A model generated the notes under the pieces. That model did no database searches, was not told the origin of the DNA, and saw nothing but the letters and a program-made list of their open reading frames with translations. DNA of 64,000 bases from Escherichia coli (GTDB taxonomy: Bacteria > Pseudomonadota > Gammaproteobacteria > Enterobacterales > Enterobacteriaceae), in the NCBI RefSeq assembly GCF_003018255.1, contig NZ_CP027440.1. One strand, written 5' to 3'. A program made the translations under genes and the position numbers. Shown piece by piece: positions 1 through 12,541 of this stretch; within the stretch, counting starts at the first letter, position 1; each line of letters opens with the position of its first letter.

Positions 1-147
1 CGCTGGCACGTAAGCATGGATGCTCTGATGGACATATCGGAAAGCGGCTACAGAAAGCGGAAGGGGTTGTTGAAGGCATGCTGATGATGCTGGATGTGAA
101 GCTGGAGATGGATCGGTATGTTGAGCGCGATTCAGTGACGGCATAAC
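1..147 (+). CDS. yicC: 3' end of upstream gene, probably YicC-family protein (partial, runs off window start)
   Basis: Frame 3 is open from nt 3 to TAA at 145-147 (…[30 protein letters not shown]); position upstream of dinD fits K-12 synteny; identity from memory only. Confidence 0.45.
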
Positions 148-152
148 GCGCA

Positions 153-184
153 TAAAAAACCGCAGTCATGAGGAAACTGCGGTG
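153..184 (-). terminator. Hairpin CCGCAGT-N9-ACTGCGG flanked by A-run (T-run on minus strand); possible bidirectional terminator
   Basis: Perfect 7-bp inverted repeat at 159-184 directly after the yicC stop; A6 on the plus strand precedes it. Confidence 0.4.
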
Positions 185-267
185 GAGAAATACGGCTTGC
201 CAATCAATCATGAAAAACGTAATCGCCTGATAATTATGCCACGAGACAAAGGACGGTGCACCCTGAA

Positions 268-282
268 TGGTCATAATGACCA
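268..282. repeat. 15-bp perfect palindrome TGGTCATAATGACCA, copy 1
   Basis: Exact self-complementary sequence; identical copy at 406-420. Confidence 0.8.
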
Positions 283-405
283 CTCAGACCATCAAGGCAA
301 CTATAACGAACATCGTTACAGTTGGAGCTTTTACCCCGTTGGGGAAAAGGTATTACGATAATGATGATACCTTTAGCAAAGCGTGAATCATCATTACGGT
401 AGGGA

Positions 406-420
406 TGGTCATAATGACCA
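406..420. repeat. 15-bp perfect palindrome TGGTCATAATGACCA, copy 2
   Basis: Exact repeat of 268-282. Confidence 0.8.
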
Positions 421-455
421 CACCTCCCCCCCCCACCGGAACAGGGAGGATGACC

Positions 456-470
456 TACGAAAATTTCGTA
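456..470. repeat. Palindrome TACGAAAATTTCGTA, copy A
   Basis: Perfect 15-bp palindrome with GGGAGG upstream and a C-rich tract downstream. Confidence 0.8.
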
Positions 471-572
471 AGTCCTACCCCGCACAAGGATTAAATAATC
501 ACTACAAGCGATTGATTAAACTTAATTATCGCGAATCGCGAGAATTAGCCCCGCAGAAACAAGGAAAGAAGA

Positions 573-595
573 ATTTTACGAAAATTTCGTAAAAT
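573..595. repeat. Palindrome ATTTTACGAAAATTTCGTAAAAT, copy B (23-bp perfect)
   Basis: Same core as 456-470, extended to a 23-bp perfect palindrome; C-rich tract follows. Confidence 0.8.
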
Positions 596-815
596 CCCCC
601 CACATCTCCCACGGTTGCCCGTTAAGTGCAAGCGCACAGGCACGACCTCATTAACCAGTTACCAGCGCTCACGCTCAAATATCCACAGGAACGGGGCTAA
701 ATCGCATTCTGGCGCAATGTTCACTGTCAGGGCGAGTATTCACCAGAAAACGTCATACAGGCTTACAGTCGGCTTAAAATTCGATAGGCGGATAACAGGG
801 CGTGGATTGGGAGGC

Positions 816-832
816 TTACGAAAATTTCGTAA
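816..832. repeat. Palindrome TTACGAAAATTTCGTAA, copy C (17-bp perfect)
   Basis: Same core; GGGAGG upstream and CCCCC downstream as in copy A. Confidence 0.8.
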
Positions 833-890
833 CCCCCTACACAAAAGTGCAGGTTACTACCCGAAAAGTGTAGTGCCATTGCTGGGGGCT

Positions 891-920
891 AAAAAAAACC
901 GCAGTGTGATAACACTACGG
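891..920 (-). terminator. Rho-independent terminator-like hairpin on minus strand
   Basis: Minus strand reads CCGTAGTGT-TATC-ACACTGCGG followed by T8. Confidence 0.5.
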
Positions 921-1170
921 CACGCCACCAAAGAAACATAACAAGGAATCAGCAATGAGTAATACCTGTAAGCCTTCGGGGTGATTGTAACACATGAGCA
1001 ATATTTTACCGGAAGCTGTTTTTCACTGGATCACGTATCGTTATGGGGATTCCCATATCGGAGAGCATCCACCAGCTTCATAACGGATAACCGAAAAATG
1101 ATAACGGTTAACCTGGAAAAAATTCCGGTGAATATTTGCCCTGACAGTTTCCATATCGGCGGCACACCTT

Positions 1171-1198
1171 AAAAAACCGTGTACACAAGGGTGTACAC
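1171..1198 (-). terminator. Hairpin from tandem GTGTACAC palindromes followed by T6 on minus strand
   Basis: GTGTACAC-AAGG-GTGTACAC at 1179-1198, with A6 at 1171-1176 on plus (T-run on minus). Confidence 0.45.
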
Positions 1199-1424
1199 AA
1201 TCAAAATCGTCATTACAGAAATCCCAGCAATGACGCTCCTTTGATGCAGATACTCAATGAGCAGATCCAGTAACGCCAATTCTTCCTTTTCAGCCTTCAC
1301 AAATGCCGCCCACTTAAACAGAGCGGCATTTTTCCTCCCCGCAACATTCAATTCTGTTTTGCGTGCCTGCTCCAGATTTTGCGATGTTTTTTTGCCCAGC
1401 GCAGTGAGAACGTGAGATACTTAC

Positions 1425-1444
1425 AACTGTATATAAACACAGTT
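1425..1444. promoter_or_regulatory. LexA (SOS) box upstream of dinD
   Basis: aACTGTatataaacACAGtt fits CTGT-N8-ACAG, about 45 nt upstream of the dinD start. Confidence 0.85.
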
Positions 1445-1487
1445 GTAGACTTACTTTCCTTGCAATCGATATCACATGGAGTGGGCA

Positions 1488-2312
1488 ATGAACGAACATC
1501 ATCAACCTTTTGAAGAGATAAAGCTGATTAATGCAAACGGAGCAGAACAATGGTCAGCAAGGCAACTTGGAAAACTACTGGGTTATTCAGAGTATCGTCA
1601 CTTTATACCTGTATTAACGCGCGCCAAAGAAGCTTGTCTGAATAGTGGTCACACAATTGATGACCATTTCGAGGAGATCCTCGATATGGTCAAAATTGGC
1701 TCAAATGCCAAAAGAGCATTAAAAGACATCGTACTCTCCCGCTATGCCTGTTACCTGGTAGTACAAAACGGCGACCCTGCGAAACCGGTTATTGCGGCAG
1801 GGCAAACTTATTTTGCTATCCAGACCCGACGGCAGGAGCTGGCTGACGATGAAGCTTTCAGGCAACTTCGTGAAGACGAAAAGCGTCTTTTTCTGAGAAA
1901 TGAGTTGAAAGAACATAACAAACAATTAGTTGAGGCAGCGCAGCAAGCTGGGGTAGCGACAGCTATCGATTTCGCCATATTTCAGAATCATGGTTACCGG
2001 GGGCTGTATGGTGGATTAGATCAGAAAGCCATCCATCAGCGGAAGGGGCTGAAAAAGAGTCAGAAGATCCTGGATCATATGGGTTCAACAGAACTGGCGG
2101 CTAATCTCTTTCGAGCTACCCAAACAGAAGAAAAACTCAAGCGGGATGGCGTGAATTCAAAACAGCAAGCTAACACCACACACTTTGACGTGGGTCGCAA
2201 GGTGAGGCAAACCATTCAGGAACTTGGCGGAACCATGCCTGAGGAGTTGCCGACCCCGCAGGTCAACATCAAGCAGTTGGAAAACAGTGTAAAAATTACA
2301 GAGAAGAAATAG
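1488..2312 (+). CDS. dinD: DNA-damage-inducible protein D
   Basis: ORF (track 1476..2312); MNEHHQPFEEIKLINANG… matches DinD as I recall it; LexA box upstream; ATG at 1488 gives 274 aa. Confidence 0.85.
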   Translation: MNEHHQPFEEIKLINANGAEQWSARQLGKLLGYSEYRHFIPVLTRAKEACLNSGHTIDDHFEEILDMVKIGSNAKRALKDIVLSRYACYLVVQNGDPAKPVIAAGQTYFAIQTRRQELADDEAFRQLREDEKRLFLRNELKEHNKQLVEAAQQAGVATAIDFAIFQNHGYRGLYGGLDQKAIHQRKGLKKSQKILDHMGSTELAANLFRATQTEEKLKRDGVNSKQQANTTHFDVGRKVRQTIQELGGTMPEELPTPQVNIKQLENSVKITEKK

Positions 2313-2603
2313 CAGAAACTAAAAACTCTTTTTGTTGATTGAGATACCCGATGCGTAAGCCAAAGTCCAGGTGCGGTGAACACAATGGCTAAACATTGCA
2401 CCTTTCTTTTCCACCCCTCAATTTTAACCTATTTTTTCTTATGCATTTTCTCAGACAAGAAGTCAGAAGAATGCATCTACGCTACAGAAAATAGCGATTT
2501 CACATAACTACAAGTTATCAATTTCCTCTCACCTTAAAAAATCTCAATCGTGACAATACGCACAAATCGCTACCCTGCCAGACAGATTTTTAGGGAGAGA
2601 ACC

Positions 2604-4995
<2,392 letters not shown>

Positions 4996-5025
4996 GAATC
5001 GTCTTTATTGCAGTGAATGACAGGT

Positions 5026-5784
<759 letters not shown>

Positions 5785-5838
5785 ACCTGATTTCAGTATC
5801 ATGCCCAGTCATTTCTTCACCTGTGGAGCTTTTTAAGT

Positions 5839-6114
5839 ATGGCACGCGTAACTGTTCAGGACGCTGTAGAGAAAATTGGTAACCGTTTTGACCTGGTACT
5901 GGTCGCCGCGCGTCGCGCTCGTCAGATGCAGGTAGGCGGAAAGGATCCGCTGGTACCGGAAGAAAACGATAAAACCACTGTAATCGCGCTGCGCGAAATC
6001 GAAGAAGGTCTGATCAACAACCAGATCCTCGACGTTCGCGAACGCCAGGAACAGCAAGAGCAGGAAGCCGCTGAATTACAAGCCGTTACCGCTATTGCTG
6101 AAGGTCGTCGTTAA
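5839..6114 (+). CDS. rpoZ: RNA polymerase omega subunit
   Basis: 91 aa, [29 protein letters not shown]…. Confidence 0.95.
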
Positions 6115-6132
6115 TCACAAAGCGGGTCGCCC

Positions 6133-8241
6133 TTGTATCTGTTTGAAAGCCTGAATCAACTGATTCAAACCTACCTGCCGGAAGACCAAATCAAGCGTCT
6201 GCGGCAGGCGTATCTCGTTGCACGTGATGCTCACGAGGGGCAAACACGTTCAAGCGGTGAACCCTATATCACGCACCCGGTGGCGGTTGCCTGCATTCTG
6301 GCCGAGATGAAACTCGACTATGAAACGCTTATGGCGGCGCTGCTGCATGACGTGATTGAAGATACTCCCGCCACCTACCAGGACATGGAACAGCTTTTTG
6401 GTAAAAGCGTCGCCGAGCTGGTAGAGGGGGTGTCGAAACTTGATAAGCTCAAGTTCCGCGATAAGAAAGAGGCGCAGGCCGAAAACTTTCGCAAGATGAT
6501 TATGGCGATGGTGCAGGATATCCGCGTCATTCTCATCAAACTTGCCGACCGTACCCACAACATGCGCACGCTGGGCTCACTTCGCCCGGACAAACGTCGC
6601 CGCATCGCCCGTGAAACCCTCGAAATTTACAGCCCGCTGGCGCACCGTTTAGGTATCCACCACATTAAAACCGAACTCGAAGAGCTGGGTTTTGAGGCGC
6701 TGTATCCCAACCGTTATCGCGTAATCAAAGAAGTGGTGAAAGCCGCGCGCGGCAACCGTAAAGAGATGATCCAGAAGATTCTTTCTGAAATCGAAGGGCG
6801 TTTGCAGGAAGCGGGAATACCGTGCCGCGTCAGTGGTCGCGAAAAGCATCTTTATTCGATTTACTGCAAAATGGTGCTCAAAGAGCAGCGTTTTCACTCA
6901 ATCATGGACATCTACGCTTTCCGCGTGATCGTCAATGATTCTGACACCTGTTATCGCGTGCTGGGCCAGATGCACAGCCTGTACAAGCCGCGTCCGGGCC
7001 GCGTGAAAGACTATATCGCCATTCCAAAAGCGAACGGCTATCAGTCTTTGCACACCTCGATGATTGGCCCGCACGGCGTGCCGGTTGAGGTCCAGATCCG
7101 TACCGAAGATATGGATCAGATGGCGGAGATGGGTGTTGCCGCGCACTGGGCTTATAAAGAGCACGGCGAAACCAGCACTACCGCGCAAATACGCGCCCAG
7201 CGCTGGATGCAAAGCCTGCTGGAGCTGCAACAGAGTGCCGGTAGCTCGTTTGAATTTATCGAGAGCGTTAAATCCGATCTCTTCCCGGATGAGATTTACG
7301 TTTTCACACCAGAAGGGCGCATTGTCGAACTGCCTGCCGGTGCAACGCCCGTCGACTTCGCTTATGCGGTGCATACCGATATCGGTCATGCCTGCGTGGG
7401 CGCACGCGTCGACCGCCAGCCTTACCCGCTGTCGCAGCCGCTTACCAGCGGTCAAACCGTTGAAATTATTACCGCACCGGGCGCTCGCCCGAATGCCGCG
7501 TGGCTGAACTTTGTCGTTAGCTCGAAAGCGCGCGCCAAAATTCGTCAATTGCTGAAAAACCTCAAGCGTGATGATTCTGTAAGCCTGGGCCGTCGTCTGC
7601 TCAACCATGCGTTGGGTGGCAGCCGCAAGCTCAATGAAATCCCGCAGGAAAATATTCAGCGCGAGCTGGACCGCATGAAGCTGGCAACGCTTGACGATCT
7701 GCTGGCTGAAATCGGCCTTGGTAACGCAATGAGCGTGGTGGTCGCGAAAAATCTGCAACATGGGGACGCCTCCATTCCACCGGCAACCCAAAGTCACGGA
7801 CATCTGCCCATTAAAGGTGCCGATGGCGTGCTGATCACCTTTGCGAAATGCTGCCGCCCTATTCCTGGCGACCCGATTATCGCCCACGTCAGCCCCGGTA
7901 AAGGTCTGGTGATCCACCATGAATCCTGCCGTAACATCCGTGGCTACCAGAAAGAGCCAGAGAAGTTTATGGCTGTGGAATGGGATAAAGAGACGGCGCA
8001 GGAGTTCATCACCGAAATCAAGGTGGAGATGTTCAATCATCAGGGTGCGCTGGCAAACCTGACAGCGGCAATTAACACCACCACCTCGAATATTCAAAGT
8101 TTGAATACGGAAGAGAAAGATGGTCGCGTCTACAGCGCCTTTATTCGTCTGACCGCCCGTGACCGTGTGCATCTGGCGAATATCATGCGCAAAATCCGCG
8201 TGATGCCAGACGTGATTAAAGTCACCCGAAACCGAAATTAA
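6133..8241 (+). CDS. spoT: Bifunctional (p)ppGpp synthase/hydrolase SpoT
   Basis: 702 aa with HD and RelA/SpoT domains; TTG start at 6133 (LYLFESLNQL…). Confidence 0.95.
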   Translation: MYLFESLNQLIQTYLPEDQIKRLRQAYLVARDAHEGQTRSSGEPYITHPVAVACILAEMKLDYETLMAALLHDVIEDTPATYQDMEQLFGKSVAELVEGVSKLDKLKFRDKKEAQAENFRKMIMAMVQDIRVILIKLADRTHNMRTLGSLRPDKRRRIARETLEIYSPLAHRLGIHHIKTELEELGFEALYPNRYRVIKEVVKAARGNRKEMIQKILSEIEGRLQEAGIPCRVSGREKHLYSIYCKMVLKEQRFHSIMDIYAFRVIVNDSDTCYRVLGQMHSLYKPRPGRVKDYIAIPKANGYQSLHTSMIGPHGVPVEVQIRTEDMDQMAEMGVAAHWAYKEHGETSTTAQIRAQRWMQSLLELQQSAGSSFEFIESVKSDLFPDEIYVFTPEGRIVELPAGATPVDFAYAVHTDIGHACVGARVDRQPYPLSQPLTSGQTVEIITAPGARPNAAWLNFVVSSKARAKIRQLLKNLKRDDSVSLGRRLLNHALGGSRKLNEIPQENIQRELDRMKLATLDDLLAEIGLGNAMSVVVAKNLQHGDASIPPATQSHGHLPIKGADGVLITFAKCCRPIPGDPIIAHVSPGKGLVIHHESCRNIRGYQKEPEKFMAVEWDKETAQEFITEIKVEMFNHQGALANLTAAINTTTSNIQSLNTEEKDGRVYSAFIRLTARDRVHLANIMRKIRVMPDVIKVTRNRN

Positions 8242-8247
8242 TGTTTT

Positions 8248-8937
8248 ATGAACCCAACACGTTATGCACGCATCTGCGAAATGCTCGCCAGGCGGCAGCC
8301 TGATCTGACCGTCTGCATGGAGCAGGTCCACAAACCTCATAACGTTTCTGCGATTATTCGTACCGCAGATGCCGTTGGTGTACATGAAGTTCATGCTGTC
8401 TGGCCTGGTAGCCGGATGCGCACCATGGCTTCGGCAGCTGCGGGTAGTAACAGCTGGGTACAGGTGAAAACGCACCGCACCATTGGCGATGCCGTCGCTC
8501 ATCTGAAAGGCCAGGGCATGCAGATTCTGGCAACCCATCTTTCTGATAACGCTGTCGATTTCCGCGAAATTGATTACACTCGCCCGACCTGTATTTTGAT
8601 GGGACAGGAGAAAACAGGCATCACGCAGGAAGCGTTGGCCCTGGCGGATCGGGACATCATCATACCGATGATCGGCATGGTGCAGTCGCTGAATGTTTCC
8701 GTTGCCTCAGCCCTCATTCTTTATGAAGCCCAGCGCCAGCGGCAAAATGCAGGCATGTACCTGCGTGAAAACAGCATGTTGCCGGAAGCAGAGCAACAAC
8801 GCCTGCTGTTTGAAGGCGGCTATCCGGTGCTGGCGAAAGTCGCAAAACGCAAAGGCCTGCCTTACCCCCACGTTAATCAGCAAGGCGAAATTGAAGCCGA
8901 TGCTGACTGGTGGGCTACCATGCAGGCTGCAGGGTAA
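8248..8937 (+). CDS. trmH: tRNA (Gm18) 2'-O-methyltransferase
   Basis: 229 aa SpoU-class methyltransferase; rpoZ-spoT-trmH-recG operon order. Confidence 0.9.
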   Translation: MNPTRYARICEMLARRQPDLTVCMEQVHKPHNVSAIIRTADAVGVHEVHAVWPGSRMRTMASAAAGSNSWVQVKTHRTIGDAVAHLKGQGMQILATHLSDNAVDFREIDYTRPTCILMGQEKTGITQEALALADRDIIIPMIGMVQSLNVSVASALILYEAQRQRQNAGMYLRENSMLPEAEQQRLLFEGGYPVLAKVAKRKGLPYPHVNQQGEIEADADWWATMQAAG

Positions 8938-8942
8938 GTGCC

Positions 8943-11024
8943 ATGAAAGGTCGCCTGTTAGATGCTGTCCCGCTCAGTTCCCTAACGGGCGTTGGCGCAG
9001 CGCTTAGTAACAAGCTGGCGAAAATCAACCTGCATACCGTGCAGGATCTACTCTTACACCTTCCCCTGCGCTACGAAGATCGCACCCATCTCTACCCCAT
9101 CGGAGAACTACTACCGGGCGTTTATGCCACGGTGGAAGGCGAAGTGCTGAACTGCAATATCTCCTTCGGCGGTCGGCGGATGATGACCTGCCAGATCAGC
9201 GACGGTTCCGGCATTCTCACCATGCGCTTTTTCAACTTCAACGCGGCAATGAAAAATAGCCTGGCGACAGGCCGCCGCGTGCTGGCCTATGGCGAAGCAA
9301 AGCGCGGTAAATATGGTGCGGAGATGATCCACCCGGAATACCGCGTGCAGGGCGATCTCAGTACGCCAGAGTTGCAGGAAACGCTAACGCCGGTTTACCC
9401 AACAACGGAAGGCGTAAAGCAGGCCACGCTGCGTAAATTAACCGATCAGGCGCTGGATCTGCTCGACACCTGCGCCATTGAAGAACTCCTGCCGCCGGAA
9501 CTGTCACAAGGAATGATGACGCTACCGGAAGCGTTGCGCACTTTGCACCGCCCGCCGCCGACGCTACAGCTTAGCGATCTCGAAACCGGGCAGCATCCAG
9601 CACAACGCCGTCTGATTCTGGAAGAACTGCTTGCGCACAACCTCAGCATGTTGGCGTTACGCGCTGGTGCACAACGTTTCCATGCCCAGCCGCTTAGCGC
9701 CAATGACGCGCTGAAAAATAAACTCCTCGCAGCCTTACCGTTCAAGCCAACGGGCGCACAGGCACGCGTGGTGGCGGAGATCGAGCGCGATATGGCGCTG
9801 GATGCGCCGATGATGCGCCTGGTACAGGGCGATGTAGGTTCCGGTAAAACGCTGGTCGCTGCCCTCGCCGCGCTGCGTGCGATTGCGCACGGCAAACAGG
9901 TGGCATTGATGGCACCAACCGAATTACTCGCCGAACAGCACGCGAATAACTTCCGCAACTGGTTTGCACCGCTCGGTATCGAAGTGGGCTGGCTCGCCGG
10001 TAAGCAGAAAGGTAAAGCGCGACTGGCACAGCAGGAAGCCATCGCCAGCGGTCAGGTGCAGATGATTGTCGGAACACACGCCATCTTCCAGGAACAGGTG
10101 CAGTTTAACGGCCTGGCGCTGGTGATTATCGACGAACAGCATCGTTTTGGCGTGCATCAGCGTCTGGCGTTATGGGAGAAAGGCCAGCAGCAAGGCTTCC
10201 ATCCTCATCAGTTGATCATGACCGCCACGCCGATCCCCCGAACGCTGGCAATGACTGCGTATGCTGATCTCGATACCTCGGTGATAGATGAGCTGCCGCC
10301 AGGCCGCACGCCAGTGACTACGGTCGCTATTCCTGATACCCGCCGTACCGACATTATTGACCGCGTGCGCCACGCCTGCATAACTGAAGGTCGTCAGGCA
10401 TACTGGGTTTGTACGTTGATTGAAGAGTCAGAGTTACTGGAAGCGCAGGCGGCGGAAGCTACCTGGGAAGAGTTGAAACTGGCGCTACCAGAGTTGAATG
10501 TTGGTCTGGTACACGGACGGATGAAACCAGCCGAGAAGCAGGCCGTCATGGCATCATTTAAACAAGGCGAGTTACACCTGCTGGTTGCCACTACCGTTAT
10601 TGAAGTCGGCGTTGATGTGCCTAACGCCAGCCTGATGATTATCGAAAACCCGGAGCGTCTGGGTCTGGCGCAGTTGCACCAGCTTCGCGGGCGCGTGGGA
10701 CGTGGTGCGGTGGCTTCTCACTGCGTGCTGCTCTACAAAACGCCGCTCTCTAAAACGGCGCAAATTCGTCTGCAAGTACTGCGCGACAGCAACGACGGGT
10801 TTGTGATTGCGCAAAAAGATCTGGAGATTCGCGGCCCTGGCGAATTGTTAGGCACGCGTCAGACGGGTAATGCTGAATTTAAAGTGGCGGATTTACTGCG
10901 CGATCAGGCGATGATCCCGGAAGTTCAGCGCCTGGCACGCCATATTCACGAACGTTACCCACAGCAGGCAAAAGCCCTGATAGAACGCTGGATGCCAGAA
11001 ACGGAACGTTACTCGAATGCGTAA
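8943..11024 (+). CDS. recG: ATP-dependent DNA helicase RecG
   Basis: Walker A GDVGSGKT, DEQH box; ATG at 8943 gives 693 aa. Confidence 0.95.
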   Translation: MKGRLLDAVPLSSLTGVGAALSNKLAKINLHTVQDLLLHLPLRYEDRTHLYPIGELLPGVYATVEGEVLNCNISFGGRRMMTCQISDGSGILTMRFFNFNAAMKNSLATGRRVLAYGEAKRGKYGAEMIHPEYRVQGDLSTPELQETLTPVYPTTEGVKQATLRKLTDQALDLLDTCAIEELLPPELSQGMMTLPEALRTLHRPPPTLQLSDLETGQHPAQRRLILEELLAHNLSMLALRAGAQRFHAQPLSANDALKNKLLAALPFKPTGAQARVVAEIERDMALDAPMMRLVQGDVGSGKTLVAALAALRAIAHGKQVALMAPTELLAEQHANNFRNWFAPLGIEVGWLAGKQKGKARLAQQEAIASGQVQMIVGTHAIFQEQVQFNGLALVIIDEQHRFGVHQRLALWEKGQQQGFHPHQLIMTATPIPRTLAMTAYADLDTSVIDELPPGRTPVTTVAIPDTRRTDIIDRVRHACITEGRQAYWVCTLIEESELLEAQAAEATWEELKLALPELNVGLVHGRMKPAEKQAVMASFKQGELHLLVATTVIEVGVDVPNASLMIIENPERLGLAQLHQLRGRVGRGAVASHCVLLYKTPLSKTAQIRLQVLRDSNDGFVIAQKDLEIRGPGELLGTRQTGNAEFKVADLLRDQAMIPEVQRLARHIHERYPQQAKALIERWMPETERYSNA

Positions 11025-11026
11025 AA

Positions 11027-11050
11027 GGCGGCGGTGAGAAGACCGCCGCT
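11027..11050. terminator. Hairpin between convergent recG and gltS
   Basis: GCGGCGGT-GAGAAG-ACCGCCGC inverted repeat. Confidence 0.5.
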
Positions 11051-11057
11051 TCATCGG

Positions 11058-12263
11058 TTAACCGGCAAAAATCGGCAACATTAAATACAGCTTAATCACC
11101 AGCGCGTTAACGATATCAATAAAGAACGCACCGACCATCGGCACTACCAGGAATGCCATGTGCGACGGGCCAAAACGTTCAGTGATCGCCTGCATGTTGG
11201 CGATTGCCGTTGGCGTTGCACCGAGGCCAAAACCACAATGACCCGCAGCCAGCACCGCCGCATCGTAGTTTTTGCCCATCATGCGCCAGGTAACGAAGAT
11301 GGCATACAACGCCATGAAGATGGTCTGTACCACCAGAATCGCCAGCATCGGCAGCGCCAGCGAAGCCAGCTCCCATAGTTTCAGCCCCATCAGCGCCATC
11401 GCCAGGAACAACGACAGGCTTACGTTACCCAGCACGGATACCGCACGCTCAAAGACGCGGTAAAAGCCCATCATTGACAGACCGTTGCTCAGAATCACGC
11501 CAACAAACAGTACACAGACGAAGGTCGGCAGTTCAAAAGCAGTGCCAGCCAAAAGTTGCGCAACAATTTTCCCCACCGTCAGGCAGATAGCAATCAGCGC
11601 GATAGTTTCAATCAGCACCAGCGAGGTGATCATGCGGCCCACATCCGGCTTTTCGAACGCCGTCGGGACTTCCTGGTCATCCGGAATACCGTTCGGCGTG
11701 GTGGAGTGTTTCACCAGATAGCGCGCTACCGGACCGCCAATCAAGCCGCCCAGCACCAGACCAAACGTCGCACAGGCCATCGCCACTTCCGTCGCATTGG
11801 TGAAGCCATAGCGTTCAATGAACAATTTACTCCACGCAGCGCCCGTACCGTGACCGCCGGAAAGCGTAATAGAACCGGCCAACAGCCCCATCAGCGGATC
11901 AAGCCCTAACAGGCTAGCCATACCAATGCCAATGGCATTTTGCATCACCAACAGACCAACAACCACAATCAAGAAGATGCCAACCACACGCCCACCGGCA
12001 CGCAAACTGGCAATGTTGGCGTTCAGGCCAATGGTGGCGAAGAAAGCCAGCATTAACGGATCGCGCAGGGACATATCAAAGTTGACTTCCCAGCCCATGC
12101 TTTTTTTCAGTACCAGTAGCGCCAGCGCCACCAACAAACCACCCGCAACAGGTTCCGGTATGGTGTATTTCTTCAAAAAGGAGACGGAATGGACCAACTT
12201 ACGCCCGAGCAGCAACGTCAGCGTTGCGGCAACAAGCGTTGCTAAAGTATCGAGATGAAACAT
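11058..12263 (-). CDS. gltS: Sodium/glutamate symporter
   Basis: 401-aa polytopic membrane ORF, ATG start at 12263. Confidence 0.9.
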   Translation of the reverse strand: MFHLDTLATLVAATLTLLLGRKLVHSVSFLKKYTIPEPVAGGLLVALALLVLKKSMGWEVNFDMSLRDPLMLAFFATIGLNANIASLRAGGRVVGIFLIVVVGLLVMQNAIGIGMASLLGLDPLMGLLAGSITLSGGHGTGAAWSKLFIERYGFTNATEVAMACATFGLVLGGLIGGPVARYLVKHSTTPNGIPDDQEVPTAFEKPDVGRMITSLVLIETIALIAICLTVGKIVAQLLAGTAFELPTFVCVLFVGVILSNGLSMMGFYRVFERAVSVLGNVSLSLFLAMALMGLKLWELASLALPMLAILVVQTIFMALYAIFVTWRMMGKNYDAAVLAAGHCGFGLGATPTAIANMQAITERFGPSHMAFLVVPMVGAFFIDIVNALVIKLYLMLPIFAG

Positions 12264-12541
12264 AGTTACTCCTTTGTATCCGCATCACTATTTCATACTC
12301 GTCATACTTCATCGCGCAGTGGCAACTTATGAACTATGACGGGTATCGAGTTATGCTTTCCTGGGTCAAATTCTCAGCTGTTAATGAACAAATGGCATGG
12401 ATTTTAAGCAGAAAAATACCAAAAGTTATATAAAAAAGTGCATTTATCTCATTTAAATATTTAGCAGAGGCCGTAGCAAACGTTTGCTTTTCTCTTTCGG
12501 TCAGCTAAAATGCCCGCTTTGCTACCACGGGATTGTTTTCG

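Noticed and set aside
456-832. Three spaced copies of a palindrome as a possible CRISPR array
   Set aside because: Spacing is irregular (about 120 and 240 bp), the repeat is a self-palindrome of only 15-23 bp, and there are no cas genes or leader in the window.
234-941. Track ORFs 234..485 (-), 383..592 (+) and 615..941 (+) in the yicC-dinD intergenic block
   Set aside because: Pro/His/Gly-rich odd composition, no RBS, and parts are encoded by the palindromes themselves (for example, GHYDH is encoded twice by TGGTCATAATGACCA); more likely non-coding.
6898-8538. 546-aa ORF on the minus strand antisense to spoT and trmH
   Set aside because: It lies entirely opposite two well-supported genes, has Arg/Ala/Gly-rich low-complexity composition typical of antisense frames in GC-rich coding DNA, and has no RBS or recognisable domain.
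9446-10157. Antisense ORFs of 198, 111 and 77 aa inside recG
   Set aside because: Ser/Arg/Ala/Cys-rich translations of the reverse strand of a conserved helicase gene; no start-site support.
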